A stretch of 64,000 nt of DNA from a virus: positions 40,286 through 104,285 of the IMG/VR virus record IMGVR_UViG_3300045941_000233; one strand, given 5' to 3'. A program made the position numbers and the translations under genes. The stretch's first letter is position 1. Every line of letters begins with the position of its first letter. Shown here piece after piece: positions 8,909 through 18,752 of this stretch. The notes under the pieces were generated by a model. That model worked only from the letters and a program-made list of their open reading frames with translations, was not told where the DNA came from and made no database searches.

Positions 8909-9561
8909 GTTTTTGGTATCTGGCGACTCCGTATTCCAAGTACAAGGGCGGAATCGTGGCGGCATTCAATGAGGCCGCCAGGCAAGCGGCCGTCTTGTTG
9001 CGTGCCGGAGTGCCGGTCTTTTGTCCAATCACGCATTCGCATCCGATTGCCATCTACGGCGAAATAGATCCGTTAGATCACTCGATTTGGCTTGAGTCCG
9101 ATGGATATTTCATGGAAGCGGCCCGCGGGCTAATCGTTTGCGAGCTCGACGGCTGGAAAGAGAGCTACGGCGTCAATCACGAAATCAAGTGCTTTGAAAA
9201 GCAAGGCAAGCCGATAGTCCAGATGACGCCGGGCGTTGTGCCAGACTTTTTCAATCTGAAATCGCCTGCCGCCAACATATTGAAAATCGCCGACTCGCTG
9301 GTTCATGGCGATCGTGGCGTCAGCTACGGACATCCCGAAGACGATTTTTCGTGTGTTGCGGCTATCGCCACGGCCATGCTCCGCCGTCAGGGCAAGCTTG
9401 CCGGCAACGAAGTGATATCGGCCGAAGATTGGGCGCTGTTCATGGTGGCGTGCAAGATCACGCGCGAGTGCTATCAGCACAAGATCGATAACCTTGTGGA
9501 CGGCGCCGGCTACTTCGAAACTCTACAGATGATCCACGAACGACGCGCCGGGAGAAGTTAA
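8905..9561 (+). CDS. DUF1937-like (nucleoside deoxyribosyltransferase fold) fused to DUF6378-like domain
   Basis: YLATPYS...FCPITHSHPI...GWKESYGV..E; then GDRGVSYGHPEDDF...KITRE...DNLVDGAGY. Confidence 0.7.
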   Translation: MSFWYLATPYSKYKGGIVAAFNEAARQAAVLLRAGVPVFCPITHSHPIAIYGEIDPLDHSIWLESDGYFMEAARGLIVCELDGWKESYGVNHEIKCFEKQGKPIVQMTPGVVPDFFNLKSPAANILKIADSLVHGDRGVSYGHPEDDFSCVAAIATAMLRRQGKLAGNEVISAEDWALFMVACKITRECYQHKIDNLVDGAGYFETLQMIHERRAGRS

Positions 9562-9642
9562 GTGGCGAATTGGTTCTACCTGGCCGGCAGCGTGATGTTT
9601 TTAATCGGCACGATTATCAACATGCTCTCCGCGAGGCATTGA

Positions 9643-9999
9643 ATGGATTTGCCGGTTTGCGGCCATCGCACAAGCGCCACCGATTCGTCCGGCCGCAATC
9701 AATACACTTGCGACCATCCGCAAGTCGCCCGCCCGCACGCTTCCGCTGTCGTGTCCGAACAGTTTTGCAGAGAGTGCGGACTTGTTGAATTCGGGCCGGC
9801 GGCTGTCGCGTATCAACCATCTTGCCCAGAGCAGCCGACGTTGATCGAGTATTATTCTCGCGCCATGACTTGCATGTCCTGCCGCTCGCGCGACGGCAAC
9901 CATTGCGTATTGTCTGGCGGCTCATGTAGTCTCGCGCAGAAGCTGGCGCGGCCGGACTTCGCCTGTCCGCTAGGCAATTTCGGGACAATCAAAAGATGA
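9643..9999 (+). CDS. Cys-rich hypothetical protein
   Basis: About 10 Cys including CxxC pairs and terminal CPLG. Confidence 0.55.
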   Translation: MDLPVCGHRTSATDSSGRNQYTCDHPQVARPHASAVVSEQFCRECGLVEFGPAAVAYQPSCPEQPTLIEYYSRAMTCMSCRSRDGNHCVLSGGSCSLAQKLARPDFACPLGNFGTIKR

Positions 10000-10214
10000 T
10001 CTATGTCTTACTGTTTGTGACCGGGGTTTTTTGCGGCGTTTCAATCGGATTCATTGCCGGAACTTTGTTCGGCGCCGCGCTGTGGAGGTCAGCCTGGAAC
10101 GGGTACGGCGATTCGGTCGATTACACAGTGACGATGGAGTCGGCCAAAACCGAAGAGCAGGAAGAATCCGACTGGTGGAAAAAGGGGGCAAGCGACAGGA
10201 ATGAGCGAGACTGA
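9996..10214 (+). CDS. small membrane protein
   Basis: N-terminal hydrophobic helix; ATGA overlap. Confidence 0.5.
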   Translation: MIYVLLFVTGVFCGVSIGFIAGTLFGAALWRSAWNGYGDSVDYTVTMESAKTEEQEESDWWKKGASDRNERD

Positions 10215-10536
10215 GCAGGCCAATCGGCTGAAGGACTTCGAACGAGTCTCGGAATTGCTTTGGCCGGCGGTTCGTTTCTTTGGTCTATGCGGCGCCGACC
10301 CGCGGTACGTTGCCGCGGTCGCGGAGCTCGGGGTGCTGCTTGGCAAGGCGAAGTCGCTTGGCGAAGCGGAAGGTCCGACCGGCGATACGATCGCGAAGGC
10401 CCGCGCCGAACAGCGCCGGGCGGATTTTGCGGAAATCGCCAATTACATCGAGCAGACCGGAGAGATACGGTCGCGAATTGGCCGCGGTAATTCCGCGGAT
10501 ATCGCTGAAATAGTTAGGGGGCTGGCAAGCAAGTGA
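10201..10536 (+). CDS. hypothetical protein
   Basis: Coupled ORF. Confidence 0.5.
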   Translation: MSETEQANRLKDFERVSELLWPAVRFFGLCGADPRYVAAVAELGVLLGKAKSLGEAEGPTGDTIAKARAEQRRADFAEIANYIEQTGEIRSRIGRGNSADIAEIVRGLASK

Positions 10537-10841
10537 TACGCCGATTTTTTCGCTGGTTGATCGATCACTGGCACGCCCGCCGCGCTTACGAAGCCAATCG
10601 CCGCGACATCATCGGCCGATACGTCGTCCGGGAAGAAGAAATCACGGAGCGACACCGCCGGGAAATCGAGTCGAAGGATTCGACCATTGCGCTGCAGCAG
10701 CTTGAGCAAAAAGTGCTGCTTTCGATGATCGAAACACTGCAAGCCAAGCTATCCAGCGTCCAGGCCGCACTTGCACTACAGCAGGCCCAGTCTGAAAATG
10801 CAGTGAGACGACCGCCACAAGCCGGGGGCACGGCGAATTAG
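10533..10841 (+). CDS. hypothetical coiled-coil protein
   Basis: GTGA overlap with the upstream stop. Confidence 0.5.
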   Translation: MIRRFFRWLIDHWHARRAYEANRRDIIGRYVVREEEITERHRREIESKDSTIALQQLEQKVLLSMIETLQAKLSSVQAALALQQAQSENAVRRPPQAGGTAN

Positions 10842-10851
10842 GTGAGCGTCC

Positions 10852-12351
10852 ATGTCGATCCAGGACTTGATTACAGAGGCAAAAGACCGTCGCGTCGGAT
10901 TTTATAAGGCGGCGACGGCATCTCTATCACGCGGCCCGTCCGGAGGCAGCGCGGCCGGCGGCCCGTACATGCAAGGCGAAGCGAGCATTGCGTCCGCTTT
11001 CGGCGACCAAGTGACGGCCGGCGCCGAACGGCAATATCGCGCGGCCCGCGGGGGCTGGCAGTGGGCGGCCATGCGGCCGGTTGCCGTCCGGGTAGCCGAT
11101 CAACCGTTCCGGTGCGGCAACAAGCAGATCCGCAAAGACTCCGGCCAAAACGCCCCCAGCAAGTTTCGCCGCAAGGTTTTCGAGTGCGCGCCGCTGTTCG
11201 TTCAGAAGCAGATGAGCGAGGGGATGGATCAGGACGACAGCCATCCGCTGCTTGAACTGTTCGAGTCCCCGAATCCGTTTATGACTGGCTGGGCGAACGT
11301 GTATTGCACGGCCCTGTCGATGCAGATCACCGGCAAAGCGTTTTGGTGGCTGGAAAATTTACAGTCGGATCCGAACAGTCCATCCAGCGCTCAACAAATG
11401 CGGCTGTGGTATTTGCCCGTGTCTTGGGTCCGAGAAATCAGCACCGAAACAGAGCCATTGGCCCAATTCAAGGTTATTCCGCCGGGTGTCACGGAAGACC
11501 GGGCGGTAATAGTCCCTGGCGCGGACATGTTGCGGTTTACCTATCCCGACCCGGCCGACCCTCTCGGGCAATTGAGCCCGATGCAGACCCAAGCCCGGGC
11601 GATCAATACCGACGACGAAATTCAAAAGTCCCAGTTTGCGTCGATGATGAACGGCGCGCGGCCCGGAATGATTCTCACCGCCGGCCGACTGGAAATGCCG
11701 GCTGGAATGGGCGGCGGACTGGGACCGCGGCCCATTTTGACGCCCGAGCAGCGAGCGCAGCTTACATCCGCTTGCCGGCTGGCTTACGCGGGCGCCATGC
11801 ATCACATGGAGCCGTTTATCATCGACGGCATGATCGAAAACGTGCAGCCGTGGACCCTCAACCCGGTCGATCTGGACTTTCCCAACGGTTCGAGCCTGAC
11901 CAAAGAGCGGATTTTCCAGGGCTTCGGCATGAATCCGATCGTGGCCGGACAGATCGAGGGAGCCAACCGCGCTTCGGCCTACGTGGCGCAGGCGAACGTC
12001 GATGCGAATGTCGTTAATCCCCTGATTACACAGATTTCGCAGACCATGACGATGAAGCTGAGTCCGCGATTTTCAGGCGACGGCGCCGGTCGCAAGTTGT
12101 ATGTCTGGATTGACCGGGCTGTCGCGCACGACGAAGAGATTGAAATCCAGAAAACGGCCCAGCTTTTAGAGGGACACGCCATCACAAAGAACGAGCTCCG
12201 CGAGCGAAACGGAATGGCGCCCATGGAAACCGGCGGCGACGAAATAGCCGCCCCGCCAGAGCCGCCGCTGGCCCCGCCAGGATCCACCGGCCCACAGCGC
12301 CCCGGTAGTGGTGGCCAGCGTCCGCCGGCCCGCGGCAAGCCCAAGCGCTGA
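10852..12351 (+). CDS. phage portal protein (HK97 family)
   Basis: HPLLELFESPNPFMTG, GKAFW, G.LSP, NGARPG, I.QGFG..P, ITKNELRERNGMAP..GGDE. Confidence 0.92.
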   Translation: MSIQDLITEAKDRRVGFYKAATASLSRGPSGGSAAGGPYMQGEASIASAFGDQVTAGAERQYRAARGGWQWAAMRPVAVRVADQPFRCGNKQIRKDSGQNAPSKFRRKVFECAPLFVQKQMSEGMDQDDSHPLLELFESPNPFMTGWANVYCTALSMQITGKAFWWLENLQSDPNSPSSAQQMRLWYLPVSWVREISTETEPLAQFKVIPPGVTEDRAVIVPGADMLRFTYPDPADPLGQLSPMQTQARAINTDDEIQKSQFASMMNGARPGMILTAGRLEMPAGMGGGLGPRPILTPEQRAQLTSACRLAYAGAMHHMEPFIIDGMIENVQPWTLNPVDLDFPNGSSLTKERIFQGFGMNPIVAGQIEGANRASAYVAQANVDANVVNPLITQISQTMTMKLSPRFSGDGAGRKLYVWIDRAVAHDEEIEIQKTAQLLEGHAITKNELRERNGMAPMETGGDEIAAPPEPPLAPPGSTGPQRPGSGGQRPPARGKPKR

Positions 12352-13016
12352 TGGTCAGCGCCAGCGACTTAACCGTGATGGTCGTAATGGTTGGCGGGAC
12401 GGATTATTGGCCAAAAACACGGCCGTTTATTGAAGAATACTGTCAGCGGCACGGCTATCAATTTCGAGTCTTCACCGAAGACTGCCTGCCGGCTGAAGCG
12501 CATCCGTCCTGGAACAAGCTGGCGATAGCATCGTTTGCAAAAACGCCGCACGTCGTCACCTGGGACGCCGACTTAGTTCCATTGCCGCAAGCCGGCCCGA
12601 TCCATGTCGAGCTCGACCCCGATCGTCTTGGCATGGTCAAAATCCCTCCGTCACACGGCGGCTATTCGAAGCTGAGATATCGCTACGGCCGCCGGGCTGC
12701 GCCGCACATGCAATTCAACTGTGGCCTGATTTCCATTCCGGACGCCTGGAAGCCGTTCCTGCGCGACTTGTTTTTCGCTTCCGACTATGGGCGGTCGATC
12801 TTTTGGGAGCAGGGCGCGCTAAATTACGCGATCTATCGCCAGTCGATCGATGTCTGCGAGCTCGACAGCCGCTGGAATTACTGGGTTTCTGGCGTCCTGC
12901 GCCGCCGGCATCTGGTCGAAGCCAACTGCCTGCACTTTGCCAGTCGATCGTGGCTCCGGCGCCGCAACGTCGATCTGCTGTACCGGCTACTTCGCCGGCC
13001 ACTCCCGGCAGCCTGA
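12351..13016 (+). CDS. GT-A glycosyltransferase (GT34/GT8-like)
   Basis: HPSWNKL, WDADL (DxD), FNCGL, WEQGALN, LDSRWN, LHFA. Confidence 0.78.
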   Translation: MVSASDLTVMVVMVGGTDYWPKTRPFIEEYCQRHGYQFRVFTEDCLPAEAHPSWNKLAIASFAKTPHVVTWDADLVPLPQAGPIHVELDPDRLGMVKIPPSHGGYSKLRYRYGRRAAPHMQFNCGLISIPDAWKPFLRDLFFASDYGRSIFWEQGALNYAIYRQSIDVCELDSRWNYWVSGVLRRRHLVEANCLHFASRSWLRRRNVDLLYRLLRRPLPAA

Positions 13017-13036
13017 AATATTTTCGTTTTTGCCTG

Positions 13037-13066
13037 TTGACGTTTTCCGCGGTTTGTTTCTAAGTT
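13037..13066 (+). promoter_or_regulatory. putative sigma70-like promoter
   Basis: TTGACG, 18 bp, TAAGTT in a T-rich intergenic region, 6 nt before ATG 13073. Confidence 0.4.
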
Positions 13067-13072
13067 CGGGCT

Positions 13073-13270
13073 ATGGCGGCTGACGAAGTGGATTTGGAGT
13101 CACCGCAAGAGAAGTCAGCGAGGCTTGAAAGGTCGATCTATTCGCTGGTTGCTGAAGCCGTAAGGCACAAAGCCGCCTCGAAGTCCTTCGGTCACTTTCA
13201 AATCAAGCTGGTCTTCAAGCACGGCCTAATCGACATGATTGAGGCCGGCGACAACGTAACGCACAAGTAA
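13073..13270 (+). CDS. small hypothetical protein (DUF2292-like pattern)
   Basis: 65 aa, FGHFQIKLVFKHGLIDMIE. Confidence 0.55.
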   Translation: MAADEVDLESPQEKSARLERSIYSLVAEAVRHKAASKSFGHFQIKLVFKHGLIDMIEAGDNVTHK

Positions 13271-13293
13271 TTTTTTAGTCAGAGCACCAAAGA

Positions 13294-13342
13294 AGGGCCT
13301 GGCAAGCGAGTCCGCTCGCTTTCCAGGCCCTTTTTCGTTTTT
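13294..13342 (+). terminator. intrinsic terminator/attenuator
   Basis: AGGGCCTGGcAAGCGAG-tccg-CTCGCTTtCCAGGCCCT followed by TTTTCGTTTTT. Confidence 0.75.
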
Positions 13343-13361
13343 ACACACAAAGGCCATCGAA

Positions 13362-13892
13362 ATGAACGCTCAAGGTTTTGGCGGTTTGTATGTCACTGGC
13401 AATACAACGAACGTCCATGCCTTGAGCACGGGCACGGAGCTTTCCGGCGTGTTGCTTACGTGGGTGGCGCTTTCCGGCGTCACTGCCGCGCATGGCGATG
13501 TTTCCGTTACTCCCAGCACTTCAACGGGCCGGCTGACCCTGAAGCCGGGCGCTTACGAAGTCGTTTTCGAGTGCAGCGTCGAAAACAACATCGTTTCCGG
13601 CCTGTCGTCTGAAGACGTGACAGTCCAAGACATCCTGCAAGCGGACATCCGCCAGGGCAATTCGTCCGGCACGATGACCGCCATCACCGGCACCAAGAGC
13701 AAGGTGGCCTTGCTGGAAGGCTTGCCGACCATGCTCCGCATCACGGCGCTGGTGGAAATCGCGCACGCCGCGGCCGCTGCGACCACGCCCTACAACTACA
13801 TCTCCGTTTGGCTCACGACGGCGATCACTGGCGGAACACTGAGCGACGTGCTCATCAGCGAAGCCCGGTTCTACGCAAAGCGGCTGTACTAA
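13362..13892 (+). CDS. putative structural/decoration protein
   Basis: T/S/V-rich beta-type composition, directly before the protease. Confidence 0.55.
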   Translation: MNAQGFGGLYVTGNTTNVHALSTGTELSGVLLTWVALSGVTAAHGDVSVTPSTSTGRLTLKPGAYEVVFECSVENNIVSGLSSEDVTVQDILQADIRQGNSSGTMTAITGTKSKVALLEGLPTMLRITALVEIAHAAAAATTPYNYISVWLTTAITGGTLSDVLISEARFYAKRLY

Positions 13893-13944
13893 TTCCGCCG
13901 CTCGACCCGCGCCCGCTGTCCGCTGGATCGAAAGGTTTTGGCTG

Positions 13945-15489
13945 ATGACGCTTGAACAACTCATTGAGTCGATCAACTCCCGAAAGGCATTTTCGCCTTT
14001 CGGCATCAGCACGGCCGCGGCTTACGTCGGCGGCATCGCTCCATGTCTGACCGGTGGCGATCTATGCCCGGTCAAGATTTTCAAGTTGGCGTCGGCCGAC
14101 TTGTGGGAAAAGGAAATCAAGGAGGCGGCCAACCGCCTGACGTATTGCGATAACGCCATGGCGGACCCCGACTTGCTTTCCAAGTCGATTCGCGACGGCG
14201 CCGGCATCACCAAGGATGCTGTGCTCGAATACGACTGCGTTTTGTCGTCGTGCATGAAGGACCGCGACGGCGATATCGTCCGGCAAAAGGGCGGCCTGGA
14301 AGTCGATCTGAAAATGCCGCTGCTGTGGCAGCATATTCAGGTGAGCCCCATCGGCAAGCATGTCGCCCTGCTTGAACAGGACGACACGATCACCAAGTCG
14401 CGTTTCGCCATCGCTGACACCGAGCTTGGCCGCGATGCGGCCGTGCTGGTGAAATTCGGCGCTCTCCGCAAGTCCATTGGCTTCAAGCCTTTCGAGTTTT
14501 CGCCCATCGAAATCGTCAAAGGTTCCGACGGCAAGGATCATGTCCGCGGCTGGGACGTGAAGAAATCGGCCTGCATGGAAGGTTCGCTGGTTTCGATTCC
14601 CGCCAATCCGGCCGCCGGCATCCTGTCCTACTACGAAAAGGAATTCGACGGGCTGTGCACGGCCCACGGCCGCGGGCTGCTGAAGCACCCGATGGTAAAG
14701 CATTGGTCGAAGGGCATTTACGATTTGCGGCCGGTCCAAGTCCCGGGTGTCGATCTGAGCACCAAAGCGGCCGAATCCGAGACGACCGCCAAGCTGACGA
14801 TTGGCGGCGCGGTTGTCGAGCTCTCCACCAAATCAACGGCCGCCGCAGAGAAATCCGGCCAAGCGCAGGGCCAAGAGAAGCGGAAATGCCCGAAGTGCGG
14901 CGTCGGCCGCCTGGCGTCCAACGGCGAATGCCCGAATTGCTTCCACATCGAAGTGGATAACAAACCCGGCAGCGCCCCCAAGTCCACGGAGCCGACCGCC
15001 GACAAAGCCGTCACCGATGACCTGTCAACGAAAATGATGGGCAATGAGTACATCGACGGCAGCTACGAAAAAGTCCAGTCGATGCTCCGCGCCACCGCGC
15101 GAAGCTACTTGCGCGGCAAGGGCCTGACGGCCAACGAAAACGGCTATACGGATCTGGTTGCGACGTTCGGCGATTCGGCCGTCGTTTGCCTGTACTCCTA
15201 CGGCGATGTTAAGTCGCCTTGCTACCGAATCGATTACTCGGTGGACAAGAGCGGCGCCGCCACCTGGACCGGCGAACCGAAGTCGGTCGAAGTCAAGCAG
15301 CAAATCATCGACAAGCGCTTCGCGGCCGAGTCGATCGACGCACTCTCCCGCAAGCTGGCCGCCAAGATGCTCAACGCTGACGGCGCCAACGAGCAAGTGC
15401 GAGCCGCGCACGACACGATTTCCAAGGCTTTCGCGACCCTCAAACAGTCCAGCGAGAGCTTTGATTTTGAGGAATTGTTCAGTAACTAA
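13945..15489 (+). CDS. HK97-type prohead protease with Zn-ribbon-containing C-terminal extension
   Basis: DRDGDIV, LLWQH, PIGK, SIGFKP, EGSLVSIPANP; CPKC...CPNC. Confidence 0.88.
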   Translation: MTLEQLIESINSRKAFSPFGISTAAAYVGGIAPCLTGGDLCPVKIFKLASADLWEKEIKEAANRLTYCDNAMADPDLLSKSIRDGAGITKDAVLEYDCVLSSCMKDRDGDIVRQKGGLEVDLKMPLLWQHIQVSPIGKHVALLEQDDTITKSRFAIADTELGRDAAVLVKFGALRKSIGFKPFEFSPIEIVKGSDGKDHVRGWDVKKSACMEGSLVSIPANPAAGILSYYEKEFDGLCTAHGRGLLKHPMVKHWSKGIYDLRPVQVPGVDLSTKAAESETTAKLTIGGAVVELSTKSTAAAEKSGQAQGQEKRKCPKCGVGRLASNGECPNCFHIEVDNKPGSAPKSTEPTADKAVTDDLSTKMMGNEYIDGSYEKVQSMLRATARSYLRGKGLTANENGYTDLVATFGDSAVVCLYSYGDVKSPCYRIDYSVDKSGAATWTGEPKSVEVKQQIIDKRFAAESIDALSRKLAAKMLNADGANEQVRAAHDTISKAFATLKQSSESFDFEELFSN

Positions 15490-15526
15490 CGCCGGCGCAA
15501 GCCGGAATTTGTAAAGGGCCGACCCA

Positions 15527-17197
15527 ATGTGGAAGATCACCACCGAACTGAAGAAGCACCTTCAGGAGAAATTCAGCCTCGCGGCCGATGCGACGGATGA
15601 AGTTGTTCGCAAGATGGTTGGCGAGAAAATCGCCAGCGGCGAACTGTCGATGGACGACTTCGCCCGCCTCACGACTGCAAAGGCCACCGAGGCCGAGCAG
15701 AAAGTCCAGGCGATGATCGACAAGTCCATCGCCCCCGTGCTCGACGCCATCAAGGCGCTCAAGCCCGAGACGCCGGCCCCCGCGGCTCCCGCGGCCCCCG
15801 CCGAATCGAAGGCCCTCAACCTGACCGCCCCGCCGGCCGCGCCGGCAACTCCGCCCGCGTCGGAAGGCCAGAAGCTTTACGCTTTGGCCGGTTCGGCTGT
15901 GGCGAGCGACCTGGACGAACCCACCCGTATTCGCGTGAAGTCGGCCATTGAACGGTTCGACGACACCCGCACGGCCGCGACCTGGGACAAGTGCACAAGC
16001 ACTATGGTCAAGGCGCTTGGCAGCGGTAACGTCGGATCGCACACCAGCGGCCACTATTCGCCCAGTTATGACATGCCGACGGAGCGCAGCAAGGCCATCT
16101 CCGGCGTGTGGCTGAAGAACATGGCCATCAAGCGCATGCGTTCGCGCGGCGTGCATGTCGCCGACCACATCCAACTGAAGGAGTGGGAGCGCGACATCCT
16201 CATGTATGCCGCCCACAACTGCAAATTTGTTGGTCCGATTGGCTGGACCGGCAGCGGCGACAGCAATGAAGGCGACGCGCTGCACTGGTACACGGGCGAG
16301 AAGCTGATGAGCGACTTGCACCGCAAGGCCGTGTTGGACGATTCGACGTCGGGCGGCCTGGAAGCCGTGCCTATCGAATTCGACGCCAACGTCATCCTGA
16401 CTCCGCTTCTCAATGGCGAACTGTTCCCGTTTGTGAACATCGTCAACGTCGGACGCCGACGGATCGAGGCCACGAAAATCAGCAATCCCACCATGGCGTG
16501 GGGTGTTGCTGAAGGCACCGCGATTTCGCTGTTCAATACGGACAGCTTCATTTCGGCTTTCGACAATTCGATCTATCCGATCACCGGCGCCATGGAGCTC
16601 GGCCTGGACTTCCTGGCCGACTCGCCGCTGGCCGTCACCCAGACGGTTGTGCAGCGGTACGGCGAGCGGTTCCGGACGGAAATGGACAACGTGATTGCGA
16701 CCGGCAACGGCACCGACCGGCCCGAGGGCGTGTTTACCACGTCCGGCGTGACTTCGGTCACTCCTTCCGGTGGCGCTGGCGCCGCCCAGACCGTCGGCGA
16801 TTACGAAGGCTTGCGGTTCGGCGTGGCGAAGGAATTCCGCCAGGAAGCCGGCCTGCGTGCCATGTACGTCGGGACCGACACTTCCTACAGCCGCGCCCGC
16901 GGCATTGCGGTTGGCGCGTCGGATCAACGCCGAGTGTTCGGCATCGACGACCAGGAGAGCTACACGCTGTTCCAGCGGCGTTATGCGGTCAACGGTTCGC
17001 TGACGAATGCCCAAATCGGGTATTTCTGCTTCAACCGATACCGCATGTATCGCCGGCTTGGCTTGGAAGTCCGGATGGTCACTGAAGACTGGACCTTGGC
17101 CCGCCAGAGCAAGGAAGGCATCATCGTCCGCGCCCGCTTCGGTGGTGCGCTCGAACTGGCCGCGGCCGGAACAAAGATCACTAACGGCCAAGCCTAA
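15527..17197 (+). CDS. major capsid protein (HK97 fold)
   Basis: N-terminal scaffold-like region, GGLEAVP.EF, WGVAEG, GNGTDRPEGV, RARFGG; strong codon bias. Confidence 0.9.
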   Translation: MWKITTELKKHLQEKFSLAADATDEVVRKMVGEKIASGELSMDDFARLTTAKATEAEQKVQAMIDKSIAPVLDAIKALKPETPAPAAPAAPAESKALNLTAPPAAPATPPASEGQKLYALAGSAVASDLDEPTRIRVKSAIERFDDTRTAATWDKCTSTMVKALGSGNVGSHTSGHYSPSYDMPTERSKAISGVWLKNMAIKRMRSRGVHVADHIQLKEWERDILMYAAHNCKFVGPIGWTGSGDSNEGDALHWYTGEKLMSDLHRKAVLDDSTSGGLEAVPIEFDANVILTPLLNGELFPFVNIVNVGRRRIEATKISNPTMAWGVAEGTAISLFNTDSFISAFDNSIYPITGAMELGLDFLADSPLAVTQTVVQRYGERFRTEMDNVIATGNGTDRPEGVFTTSGVTSVTPSGGAGAAQTVGDYEGLRFGVAKEFRQEAGLRAMYVGTDTSYSRARGIAVGASDQRRVFGIDDQESYTLFQRRYAVNGSLTNAQIGYFCFNRYRMYRRLGLEVRMVTEDWTLARQSKEGIIVRARFGGALELAAAGTKITNGQA

Positions 17198-17218
17198 CCT
17201 GGCTTGACTGACTGAACT

Positions 17219-17263
17219 CCCGGCGGCTGCAACATCGCCCGCGGCCGCCGGGTTGATTTTTTT
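17219..17263 (+). terminator. intrinsic terminator after capsid gene
   Basis: CCCGGCGGCTGC...GCGGCCGCCGGG followed by TTGATTTTTTT. Confidence 0.7.
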
Positions 17264-17286
17264 CCGAAGGGCGAGCCGGGGGTTAC

Positions 17287-17952
17287 ATGCCACGCTACAC
17301 GATCGAGATAGCGGGACCGCGCAACGAAGGCGCGATTTTCCCGCCGATTGGAAATGAACGGCTGAGAGGCCGTTGGTCGAATGCGAAAGTTGCTCACCGC
17401 AACAAAACCAATGATGAGTCCGGGCTGGCGCTCAAGCAGTTGTCGCTCGCCGTCGAGACGATTCCTGGGTTGTTTATTTCGCTCGACACGACTGCCGGCG
17501 GTCGCGGAGAGGGGTCAATTGTTGACCCGCTCGGTGAGTCGCCGGCGGGACGCGAGATTCAGGCGAAGATCAAGGATGTCCTGAGCCGTTTTTCGCCGAA
17601 CGCTCTTGATTGCGGTTCGGATCCACGGCCGCGATCGACTTTCCCGAATTTGGGCGCCGACGGCATCAAGGAATGGGCGTTTTTCATGCGAACGATGCTT
17701 GACTCCGGTCAGGCGGCGGAAGTTGGCACCGAAAAACTGCCGGATATCGAAACGATTCGAAAGATGCCAGGCAAGCGGCGCCGCGATCCGCTCAACACCG
17801 GCCGCCAGGACGCCGAGAGCGAAGCCGAAGCCCGCAAGGGCCACGGAGTTTACCGATACGCCGACGAAGTGCCAGAGAATGCCGAGCTCGTCGGCGCCGG
17901 CCCCTCGACTGGCAATGGACCCAAGGGCGGCAGTAAGCCGCCGACACCGTAA
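17287..17952 (+). CDS. hypothetical protein
   Basis: 221-aa ORF between two terminators. Confidence 0.65.
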   Translation: MPRYTIEIAGPRNEGAIFPPIGNERLRGRWSNAKVAHRNKTNDESGLALKQLSLAVETIPGLFISLDTTAGGRGEGSIVDPLGESPAGREIQAKIKDVLSRFSPNALDCGSDPRPRSTFPNLGADGIKEWAFFMRTMLDSGQAAEVGTEKLPDIETIRKMPGKRRRDPLNTGRQDAESEAEARKGHGVYRYADEVPENAELVGAGPSTGNGPKGGSKPPTP

Positions 17953-17976
17953 AACAGCGCTGGCCCCCGGCGCGTT

Positions 17977-18019
17977 CCACTCCCGGCATAGGTCGTCCCT
18001 ATGCCGGGCAGTGGTTTTT
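17977..18019 (+). terminator. intrinsic terminator
   Basis: CCACT-CCCGGCATAGG loop CCTATGCCGGG-c-AGTGG followed by TTTTT. Confidence 0.75.
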
Positions 18020-18034
18020 ATCTGGCCCGTCACA

Positions 18035-18310
18035 ATGGCGAATCGTGTTACTGGATTCGAGCAGATCACCGGACTAAATGTCGTCAAGCAATTGACGGTT
18101 CCGGCCGGATCCAGCTTCGCCTCGATTCGCGCTGTGACCCAAAACGTCCGCTACCGGCTTGATGGGACCGACCCAGAGGCCGGCATCGGCGAACAGATCA
18201 AGGCCGGCGCCGACCAGCCGACCATTTTGGTTATCCAAAACGGAATGATTGCCGCCAAATTCATTCAAGAGGCATCGTCTGCCGTCCTGAATGTCCATTA
18301 CTTCGCATAG
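18035..18310 (+). CDS. small virion-type protein, paralog 1
   Basis: GFEQIT..LTVPAG..FASIR..QNVRYRLDG..P..LNVHYF; paralogous to the next gene. Confidence 0.75.
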   Translation: MANRVTGFEQITGLNVVKQLTVPAGSSFASIRAVTQNVRYRLDGTDPEAGIGEQIKAGADQPTILVIQNGMIAAKFIQEASSAVLNVHYFA

Positions 18311-18313
18311 ACC

Positions 18314-18580
18314 ATGGTACTCGGATTTCAACAGATCACGTCGCTATCGACGGCCATCGGCCTAACGGTCCCGGCCGGAACTCGATTCGCCTCGATTCGG
18401 GTTGAGTCCCAGAACGTGCGTTACAGGCTGGACGGATCAAACCCGACAGCATCCGTCGGCGAGCAGCTAAAGGCCGCCGCGGACCAGCCGATCCAATTGT
18501 CGATCGACGAAGGCTTGCACGTCGTCAAATTCATCGAAGAAACGACGTCCGCAAAGCTTAACGTCCACTATTTCAGCTAG
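18314..18580 (+). CDS. small virion-type protein, paralog 2
   Basis: Same motifs as 18035-18310. Confidence 0.75.
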   Translation: MVLGFQQITSLSTAIGLTVPAGTRFASIRVESQNVRYRLDGSNPTASVGEQLKAAADQPIQLSIDEGLHVVKFIEETTSAKLNVHYFS

Positions 18581-18752
18581 TGCGCGAGCTCATCACCAAA
18601 CCGATCGACTCACGGCCACGCGCCTCTTGCGTTTTTTGCGCGGACGCGGGGACAGTGACAGTCGAGAAAGACGGCCGGCAGACGAAAGTCGCCTGCCCGC
18701 ACTGCACCAAAAAACCAGACACTTCAAATCTTGTCACTAAGGGGGTTTAGTC

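Noticed and set aside
15479-17293. 604-aa antisense ORF over the capsid gene
   Set aside because: Shadow of strong GC3 codon bias; no recognisable motifs
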